From: Armatimonadota bacterium
GTDB lineage: Bacteria; Armatimonadota; Zipacnadia; Zipacnadales; UBA5352
NCBI GenBank assembly: GCA_034722055.1
Contig: JAYENL010000082.1
Location: 1-43,549 of the forward strand
DNA length: 43,549 nt
Direction: 5' to 3'
In this document: positions 8,466 through 15,850 of the stretch, piece after piece
Layout: every line of letters begins with the position of its first letter
How positions within the stretch are numbered: the stretch's first letter is position 1
Made by a program: the position numbers and the translations under genes
The notes under the pieces: generated by a model
Database searches by the model: none
Seen by the model: only the letters and a program-made list of their open reading frames with translations
Told to the model about the DNA's origin: nothing

Positions 8466-10469
8466 TCAGGGCGCTCCCGGCGCCTCGACCGCTTCTGGAC
8501 CCTGGCTGTCGCCCAGGCTGGCCACCGGTCTGCCGAACATCAGAAGCTCGCCTGACGTGAAATCTTCGGGGACGCTGAATGCCAGTTTGCATTCCACCGG
8601 CTCGGGACCGAGCGAGTTCGGAAGCGGCGGCTCGAATGTGGCAGAGCAGCCGTCGGCGTCCTTGAAGCCCAGCGGTGTTCTGACACCCTCCGCCGTCCGG
8701 AGGCCGAAGGACGACGAGAAGGCCTCGGTGGGCGCCCGCCCCAGGTGCAGGAGCGTGACCTCAACTATCACAAACGTCTCGCCCTCTTTGGCCTTACTCC
8801 ACGCCTCGCGCGTTCGCAGCGAACCCCGGCCGTAGGCCAGGAACTCCGCTGTGAGGAGGTCCTTCTGCCGGCTGTGCACATGGGCCGAATGCACTCGCCA
8901 CGGCTGTGTGGGCTCGCTCAGTTCGGCATACTGCTCGGTCTGCTGGAGATAGTCCTCCACCAGTTGCCACCACGACGCGGCCTGCTCCCAGTCGTCCGCC
9001 GAGAGCCGTGCGTACCCTCTCTGTGCCAGCACGGTGGCGAAGTGCTCAAGCACTTGGGGCTCCACGAGCCGGCTGTGCTCTGAGATGGACCCCAGCGCAC
9101 GCGTCAGGTGCCGGTCGTGCGGGGCCTCACAGACATCCAGCGGCACCCGACAGGCGTTCAGCCACAGGGAGACCGCGAGCCGCTGGAGGAGAGACCTGTC
9201 TTGGCGCTCTTCGCCCCGCACCGGCACCTCCTCGCCGTTGGGGTCCGACGGCGGCGGGGATAGTGGCGGCAGGGACGTTGTCGGGGGCGTCAGCATGCCC
9301 TCGGGCCCGGCGTAGTGTGCCTCTGCCTCAATGTCCTCGAGGATGGGCTCCGTGAAGGCGACGACATCTGCGGTGTGAAGGGGGCCAGGAGGCCGGTTCA
9401 AGGTCTGCGCGGCAAACGCCCGGGCCAGGGCGGGGACCGCCGGATCCGCTACGGAGATGATGACGAAGAGGGCGATGAGCGTGGCGGCCACGGCGATGTG
9501 CACCGGCCTTCTCCGCGCGGACAGGCGCGCCCCCAGCCGCGCCCGGAGGGAGAGGGCACGGACCTTCAGCCGGTCAAGCGCACGAACCTCGGGGTGAAAC
9601 GCGCCCCGCACAGCCGGATGGAACCAGCGCCCGAGCCAGAGCACTATGAACGCCCAGGGAGCGGCGAACAGCAGGAGAACCCAGAACATGTCGGCGGCGG
9701 AGTTCTCTGCGCTCGCCGCCATCTCCATGACAGCGACAAGCCCCAGGATGACGAATAGGAGCAGCGCAGCGGCAACCGCCACGCTGGCGATGAGCCAGGC
9801 AATGCGGCTGCGTCGAACCAGGCCCGCCACCAAGCCGATAGTGCCTGCGGCCAGGAGCACAGCTTCGCCAATGGCCCCGGCAGCAACCAGACTGGCCACG
9901 ATCACGGCGCCGGCGAGCCCGATCCCAACGATCCACACCCACCCCTCCAGGGGGAGCCACCTTGAGGCGAGAGGGGATGAGATCAGCCGGGCGTACCGTG
10001 ACTGTCCTGACGGGTTCCTGCCGCAGGCGATGAAGCCGCTGATCGCCTGGTCGGGTATGCTGAAGCTGTAGGGCCTGACACAGTCGCAGACAATCTGGCC
10101 GGCGCCGCGGCAGCGACTGCAGCCCTCGACCTTGAGGCGGCTCTCACCGTCGCACACGGGGCAGATGAGCATGCCGCGACCGCCGCATGCCGGGCAGTTG
10201 GGCGTCGCCAGGTAGGCGGTCGCTCTTCCGGCCTCGACATCCTGCCGGCCGGGCCGAAGGGTGGGCAGGCCCAGCCCATCGAGGTGGCGGCGCAGCGCTG
10301 ACCAGACGCGCTCGGTGACGGGTCCGGGCTCGTCCTCGTCGGCTGCTTCATGCATCCGCCGAATGGCACCGAGTCGGGCAAGCGTCTCTCCCGAAGCCAA
10401 GGGTGCGAGTCTCTCGGCCAGATGGTCAAGCCAGTCTGGGCGGGCCTCAGCCCCCGGGCCGCCAGGCAT
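8466..10469 (-). CDS. Membrane protein with DnaJ-type zinc finger, several TM helices and a C-terminal DUF4352-like Ig-fold domain
   Basis: CPACGGRG, CPVCDGES, CSRCRGAG, CDC; hydrophobic helices; AKEGETFVIVEVTL..G and LAFSVP near the C-terminus; GAGAGG before ATG 10469; start uncertain. Confidence 0.6.
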   Translation of the reverse strand: MPGGPGAEARPDWLDHLAERLAPLASGETLARLGAIRRMHEAADEDEPGPVTERVWSALRRHLDGLGLPTLRPGRQDVEAGRATAYLATPNCPACGGRGMLICPVCDGESRLKVEGCSRCRGAGQIVCDCVRPYSFSIPDQAISGFIACGRNPSGQSRYARLISSPLASRWLPLEGWVWIVGIGLAGAVIVASLVAAGAIGEAVLLAAGTIGLVAGLVRRSRIAWLIASVAVAAALLLFVILGLVAVMEMAASAENSAADMFWVLLLFAAPWAFIVLWLGRWFHPAVRGAFHPEVRALDRLKVRALSLRARLGARLSARRRPVHIAVAATLIALFVIISVADPAVPALARAFAAQTLNRPPGPLHTADVVAFTEPILEDIEAEAHYAGPEGMLTPPTTSLPPLSPPPSDPNGEEVPVRGEERQDRSLLQRLAVSLWLNACRVPLDVCEAPHDRHLTRALGSISEHSRLVEPQVLEHFATVLAQRGYARLSADDWEQAASWWQLVEDYLQQTEQYAELSEPTQPWRVHSAHVHSRQKDLLTAEFLAYGRGSLRTREAWSKAKEGETFVIVEVTLLHLGRAPTEAFSSSFGLRTAEGVRTPLGFKDADGCSATFEPPLPNSLGPEPVECKLAFSVPEDFTSGELLMFGRPVASLGDSQGPEAVEAPGAP

Positions 10470-10664
10470 GCGCAATACCTCTCTTCGCCCACGGTCAACA
10501 TTGCGTTGCACTCCGACGCGCCTCGGCATGTTCGACATCAGAGTGTCGTTATCCTTCAAGGGGCCAGGTGGAAGATGACGTTGACGAGGGCAATAGCGCA
10601 AGCATGGCGGCAGGCGCAACTCGCCGGCCGGGGCCAAGGCCGGGCGCGGCGCCCGTAGCTGGAC

Positions 10665-12047
10665 CTACGTAGCGATCGCCCCACGCAGCCTGTCGAGGTC
10701 GAGTCGGACGAAGTGCAGGTCCGCCAGGGGGGGCGGTGGGTCGGGGCTGAGAGGGTCCTCCCAGAAGACGGGCCGTATGAAGCCTCCCTCACGGCGGTGT
10801 CGGTTCAGCGCATGCCGCCACTCCTTCTCAACATAGGGAGACGAGGCTGCCCTCGGCGACCAGAAGAGCTGGAACGCGTCCACTTCGTCGATGGAATCCA
10901 GCAGCCTCTCCGCCCACGGCTCGCCGGCGCGCAGCATCCGCACATCTCTCAGGTAGCGGTCGCCGATTGCCTCCGCGTAGTGCTCACACAGCTCAACGAT
11001 TGCCACATCATCGTGCGAATACGAGACGAAAACGCTTCGATACGGATTGCTCAGGCACCGGTCCATGACATCCATATGCGGCGACCGCTTCTCGCGGGCG
11101 CAGTATATCGACAGATCCACTGTGCCACAGATGAACGTGCCCTGCAGGAATGTGACGCTGCCGTTGCAGCCCCTGCCCGCTCTCTCCGGACTGACGCGAA
11201 AGGCGAACTCCGCGCTCTGCCACAGGTCTCCCGGCCAAAGCATGATCTCAGTCTCGGGAGGCGAGAAGCGCACCCCCTCCGCCTGGGGAACTACGGTGAC
11301 CGGCAGGTCCCGGTCGATGGCCGCATCGGCCCACACCGCAGAGGCTCGGATGCCGCCCCCCGCCCGCGGCTTGGCGCTGACCCTCTCCGCTGCGTCGGCG
11401 GCGACGTCGCGCAGCGCGGGTGGCTCGTGAATGTAGGTGAGCAGACTGCCGGTCTGCTCCGGCATGGCCTCCTTCGGGTGGAAGACCGCGAGCTGCAGTG
11501 CGTCCTGCTCGGCGTCTGCCTCCTGTGCCCCTCGTGTCAACTCGGGGGCCGTCCGTTTCGCCCACTGCCGGACAGCGCCCCACAGTTCGACGTGGACAGA
11601 GCGCTCGAGTTCACGTCTGCCGCTCGCCGACTCAGGCGTGTGGTGGTGGAGCACGACACGCTCGCCCCCCTGCCGCAGCCTCGCGCACAACTCCGCGTGT
11701 CGGGCAGCTTCATGCAGGAACCACAGGCGTCTCTCGGCGCCCCCGGGAAGAGGCCACTGGTCCGGGAGCATGTCGGCGAGAGCATGTGCGGCCGATGCCG
11801 CGTCTCGTCCGCCGAGGACCACCACCCAGGTGTTCCGGGCTCCGGCAACGCGCCGCAGCTCCCGGCTGAGAGCACCGCGGGTGGGGTCCCCGAGCTCAAT
11901 CTCGTGGACCCTCAGATCCAGCCTCCACTCCCGCATGGTGCGCTTCAGCCCGGGCCACACACTCTCGCGGAGGTAGCGAGCCAGCTCCGCTCCCTCTCCG
12001 AAGCCGCGGACGACGATGAGCTGCACGCAGCCGTGCGGAGTAGCCAC
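10665..12047 (-). CDS. TIR domain protein (C-terminal TIR, degenerate DUF4062-like N-terminus)
   Basis: SVFVSYSHDD, LRAGEPW, FQLFWSPRAASSPYVEKEWRHAL, FIRPVFWE; GAGGAGG before GTG 12047. Confidence 0.85.
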   Translation of the reverse strand: MATPHGCVQLIVVRGFGEGAELARYLRESVWPGLKRTMREWRLDLRVHEIELGDPTRGALSRELRRVAGARNTWVVVLGGRDAASAAHALADMLPDQWPLPGGAERRLWFLHEAARHAELCARLRQGGERVVLHHHTPESASGRRELERSVHVELWGAVRQWAKRTAPELTRGAQEADAEQDALQLAVFHPKEAMPEQTGSLLTYIHEPPALRDVAADAAERVSAKPRAGGGIRASAVWADAAIDRDLPVTVVPQAEGVRFSPPETEIMLWPGDLWQSAEFAFRVSPERAGRGCNGSVTFLQGTFICGTVDLSIYCAREKRSPHMDVMDRCLSNPYRSVFVSYSHDDVAIVELCEHYAEAIGDRYLRDVRMLRAGEPWAERLLDSIDEVDAFQLFWSPRAASSPYVEKEWRHALNRHRREGGFIRPVFWEDPLSPDPPPPLADLHFVRLDLDRLRGAIAT

Positions 12048-12262
12048 GCTGATCGCCTCCTCAGTCCGACACGATCCAGCAGGGCCGCTGTTATGATGAT
12101 ATGATGGAGACTGCACGGAAGTCAACGCAACGCCGGGATGGCGCACCGGCGGGGCCTGCTGCTATTTACAGCAATGCTGAGCGGGCCCGGGGGCCGGTAC
12201 GAAGGGATGCCTGACCCGGTGGCGAAATGGGCACCGGCCGTCCGCCGGAGAGGTCAAAGGCG
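12048..12262. promoter_or_regulatory. Probable divergent promoter region between the TIR gene and the CHAT gene
   Basis: Non-coding gap between divergent starts, with locally AT-rich stretches (gttatgatgatatgat, gctatttacagcaat); no specific site assigned. Confidence 0.45.
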
Positions 12263-14398
12263 GTGGGGACGTTGAGGGTCGTTCATCTGAGACTGCGTGA
12301 CGGGCCCGACGAGTGTGAACTGGGGATCGACTACCAGGCCTCGGACCTTGCATGGGTCGCGGCCGGTCGGAGTCGCATCGATCGGGACACCGTTGACGAC
12401 CTGATCCAACAGGTGGAGGCGCGCCGGGCTCGAATGACAGAGGGCCAGGAGTTGGGTCAGGCCCTCTACGACGCACTGCTGGGTAATGATGCCACGCGGA
12501 TCGTGTGGCGGGAGGCGGAGAGCGCGGCGGAGGATGAGCCCGTGCGCCTGTGCCTGTCCGCTGACGAGAGCGATCTGCAGCACCAACTGGACCTCGTGGC
12601 CACCCCCTGGGACGGGCTGTACGACGGGCGCAATCACCTCTGGCTCGGCTCTCGACGGGGAGTGCTCTACCGCATGCCCTGGCGGCCGGAGAACACCTGC
12701 CGGCCGGGTCCTGAACTGCGCGTGCTGGTGGTACACACCACCCCCCTGGACGCAGAGCGCCCTTTTGAGGAACGCGTTCCTCCCCTGAAGGCGCTTGACA
12801 CCAAGGCACTCAGAGACGAGCTCGACGAGCTGGCCGAGCAGACGTGCAAGCGGCTGCGATGGCGCGAGGCCGACGCCCAGATTGACGACCTCACGTTGGT
12901 GCTGAGCGATTTCAGGCCCGATGTTGTGCACTTCGTGGGCCACTCCCTTGCGGGGACCGACGATGATCCGCGGCCCGTACTGGTCTTCGTCGATGGCGCC
13001 GGACGAGCCACCTGCGTGACGCCCTCACAGTTGGGACAGTGCTTCCACAGCGCAGACTGGTATCCCCGTCTGGTCGTCCTCACCAGTTGTCGGAGTGCCC
13101 AGTTCGCCGTTGAGCTGTTGCGCGAGGGCAACCCGGTGGTGGTGGGATGCCGGTACAAGGTCAACGACCGTGAGGCCAAGAGGCTCGACAGCGCCATATA
13201 CCGCGCCCTCGCACGAGGAGCCGCTATTGACCAGGCCGTTGCTGAGGGACGCCGGGCCGTGATTGACTCCCCGGAAGCGTGGTGTCCTGCCGACTGGATG
13301 GGGCCCTTCGTGGCGACATCGCTCGACCCCCGCGCCCCCCTCGTCCTCTACGATGTGCAGGCTGACGCCCCTGAACCCGAGGCACCGCGCCCCGTCGGCG
13401 TGCGGAGGGAGGCGAAGGCGCGTCGCGGCGGAACGCTGGCGGCTGTGCTGGCGATTGCCGGTCTGCTCATGGCAGTTGCGGGCGCCTGGCTGCTGCTGGG
13501 GCATGAGGAGGTGCCGCCCGGCATGGTGCTGGTGCCGGCGACGGACGCCTTCACTTACGGCTGCCAGGACCCCGCGGCCCTCGAAGCCGCCGTGCACGAG
13601 ATAGAGGCCCGGGCCCAGGAGCGGTGGCGCCACACCATCCAGCAGGCGCGCGAGCAGGGCCAGGAGGTAACCGAGGAGGCGGAAGAAGAGGAGATCGCGA
13701 TACTCACGCACAATCTGTGGGTGATGGCCAACCAGTACGCCAATCTGCCAAGCGGCAGCAAAGCCATGGCGCCCTTCCTGATCGACAGCCATGAGGTGAG
13801 CAACGCCGAATGGGCGGAGTACCTGGCGGCCGAGGTTTCCGCACCCGTTCCCATGGACTGGGGGAGCAGAAGCTGCCCGCAGGGGCGGGAGAGCGAGCCG
13901 GTGGGTGGGATCACCTTCGCCGCCGCACAGGCGTACGCCCAATGGCGCGGGAAACGTCTGCCGACCACCGATGAGTGGGAGTACGCCGCGGCTGGGGGGC
14001 GAGCCACGCTCTTCCCCTGGGGTAACAGCCCCGATCCTGCGCTGGCGAATGTGCGGGAGTCCTGGGGAGTAGACGCAGTCCCTCGACCCCGCCCCGTGAC
14101 GTGGGGAGAGCCCTACACATTCGGCCTCTACAACATGTCCGGCAACGTCTCCGAGTGGACGGTCGGCGCTGAGGGAGAGCCCGCTCTGTGCGGCGGTGAC
14201 TACCAGGAGAGCATGGTATCGGCCCTGGTCTTCAGACGCACCACCATGGCGCCCGGAAGCCAATGGCCCGAGGTGGGGTTCAGGTGCGCGGCCGACCCGC
14301 CGGGCCGCCAGAGCAAGATCATGGCGGGCGCTCTGCTCCTGGTCGGGCTGATACTGGCCGCGCTGGGCGTGTCGTGGTTCCGTGCAGGAGCCAGTTAG
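12263..14398 (+). CDS. CHAT (caspase-like) protease, TM helix, FGE-sulfatase/SUMF1-like domain, C-terminal TM helix
   Basis: PDVVHFVGH and LVVLTSCRS give the His/Cys dyad; FLIDSHEVSN, GKRLPTTDEWEYAA, FGLYNMSGNVSEW, VGFRCA mark the FGE fold; TMs flank the FGE domain; GTG 12263 after GGAGAGG. Confidence 0.85.
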   Translation: MGTLRVVHLRLRDGPDECELGIDYQASDLAWVAAGRSRIDRDTVDDLIQQVEARRARMTEGQELGQALYDALLGNDATRIVWREAESAAEDEPVRLCLSADESDLQHQLDLVATPWDGLYDGRNHLWLGSRRGVLYRMPWRPENTCRPGPELRVLVVHTTPLDAERPFEERVPPLKALDTKALRDELDELAEQTCKRLRWREADAQIDDLTLVLSDFRPDVVHFVGHSLAGTDDDPRPVLVFVDGAGRATCVTPSQLGQCFHSADWYPRLVVLTSCRSAQFAVELLREGNPVVVGCRYKVNDREAKRLDSAIYRALARGAAIDQAVAEGRRAVIDSPEAWCPADWMGPFVATSLDPRAPLVLYDVQADAPEPEAPRPVGVRREAKARRGGTLAAVLAIAGLLMAVAGAWLLLGHEEVPPGMVLVPATDAFTYGCQDPAALEAAVHEIEARAQERWRHTIQQAREQGQEVTEEAEEEEIAILTHNLWVMANQYANLPSGSKAMAPFLIDSHEVSNAEWAEYLAAEVSAPVPMDWGSRSCPQGRESEPVGGITFAAAQAYAQWRGKRLPTTDEWEYAAAGGRATLFPWGNSPDPALANVRESWGVDAVPRPRPVTWGEPYTFGLYNMSGNVSEWTVGAEGEPALCGGDYQESMVSALVFRRTTMAPGSQWPEVGFRCAADPPGRQSKIMAGALLLVGLILAALGVSWFRAGAS

Positions 14399-14546
14399 CC
14401 TCCTGCCGCCGCCGAGCCGCGCGCTGTTTCCCTCGTCGAAGCCCAGGCGCCACACCGCAGGACGCCCCCGCCGCGCACCCACACCAGACCGCGGCGCGAC
14501 CAGCTCCGGTCCACCCCAGTGCGCGCGCACCGTGGTGTGCGGACTT

Positions 14547-15599
14547 TTACGGCCGCATGACCACACACCAGTTGCGCCACTCGCCGGTCATCAGCTCCTC
14601 GGCCCGCAGCACCAGGCGCCGGAAGGCGAAGTCGAGCTCGGCCAGCTCATCATCATCCGCGTGCCCGTCGGGGACCTGGGCGATGAGCGTGGTGAACTGC
14701 GGGGCGAGCTTCGACAGCCCGGCGGCGACATCACGATAGAGGCAGCCCAGCCGCCGGCCCTGGTAGAGGCCCTGCAGAGCCTCCACGGCGGAGCTGGTTG
14801 GCGGCAGCACGATGGCCAGGATCTCGATCACCAGGCGGAAGCTGCTCTGGTCGGCGGGCGACGACAGCCACAGGGCGGCGAAGTGCATCCCCGCTGCGAT
14901 GGCGGCTGCCCCCAGTATCCCCCGTCGCCACCCCTCGCACCGATTGTCCAGCCCGAACCACCGCTCCGACCGCCTCTCGTAGTAGTCGATCTGCCCCTTC
15001 AGCCGCGCCGTCAGATAGCGCTCCCAGGGCTTCGTCGGCGTGGGGCAGATCTGCAGCGGATAGGGTTCCCCTGCGCGAAGCTGCTCCTGCCGGGCGTCCT
15101 CGAGGGCGTCGCGCCAGGGGATGCCCGCCTCATCGGACAGCTCCACGAACTCCATGGGGTCTCTGGCCGGATCCCCGATGCTGTCGAGCCGGGTCTGGAC
15201 CGTGGTCGCGAGCTGGTCCTCGGTGGTGCACTGCAGGTAGGGCCCCACCATGGCCGTGACCAGGAACTGCTCGCGACGGAGGACCTCGGCCCGCATGCGA
15301 GCGTCAATCCACTTCTCGGCCGGGGGCGTCTGCCGCGCGTAGCCCAGCAGCAGAGCCACGAACAGGACAGCCAGTTCTGCTCCGATGAGGACGATGGAGA
15401 CCGCGCTGCGCTGGGGGAAGACCAGGATCTGGACGCTGAGCAGCAGCGCCGCCGCGGGCGGCAGCAGTGCCCGGACGCTCTCCCATCTGCGGCTTCGCAC
15501 CTGGGCCTCCTCCGCACGCTCATCCCAGTGCCTCAGCCGCTCCTCGACCTGAGCCTCGAGCGCCCGCCGTGCCTCAGAGAACGCCTCCGATGCCATCAT
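14547..15599 (-). CDS. Tandem SLATT/DUF4231-type membrane protein (two 2TM units)
   Basis: Two TM pairs; WIDARMRAEVLRRE after the first pair, YLTARLKGQIDYY before the second, and terminal AEELMTGEWRNW. Confidence 0.75.
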   Translation of the reverse strand: MMASEAFSEARRALEAQVEERLRHWDERAEEAQVRSRRWESVRALLPPAAALLLSVQILVFPQRSAVSIVLIGAELAVLFVALLLGYARQTPPAEKWIDARMRAEVLRREQFLVTAMVGPYLQCTTEDQLATTVQTRLDSIGDPARDPMEFVELSDEAGIPWRDALEDARQEQLRAGEPYPLQICPTPTKPWERYLTARLKGQIDYYERRSERWFGLDNRCEGWRRGILGAAAIAAGMHFAALWLSSPADQSSFRLVIEILAIVLPPTSSAVEALQGLYQGRRLGCLYRDVAAGLSKLAPQFTTLIAQVPDGHADDDELAELDFAFRRLVLRAEELMTGEWRNWCVVMRP

Positions 15600-15850
15600 G
15601 GGCCCTGTCCCTCCCACGGGTGATACCTCACCACCGGCATGCCCGGCTATCTTTCTCCGCCACGTAGCTATGTCCTTTCCGTGCACGTGCTGCGAAGGCC
15701 ACGTCCTTCCGAGCCCGGCTGTCAACACGGTGGCGAAAGGTCGCGACGGTGTCTGTAGGGAACCGCCATCCCACGGGTGCCAGTTCAGAGCGAAGTGGGC
15801 CGCAGTCGTGCCGCGCGATGTGATACGTGCCGGGACGGAGGCGAGGCCGG
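15600..15850. promoter_or_regulatory. Probable divergent promoter region between the SLATT gene and the AAA-SLOG gene
   Basis: Non-coding gap between divergent starts; no specific site assigned. Confidence 0.35.

Noticed and set aside
8466..10469. dnaJ chaperone gene
   Set aside because: No J-domain/HPD motif, and the protein is polytopic
13500..14300. Formylglycine-generating enzyme maturing the two sulfatases
   Set aside because: The catalytic cysteine pair is absent and the domain is fused to a CHAT protease between TM helices
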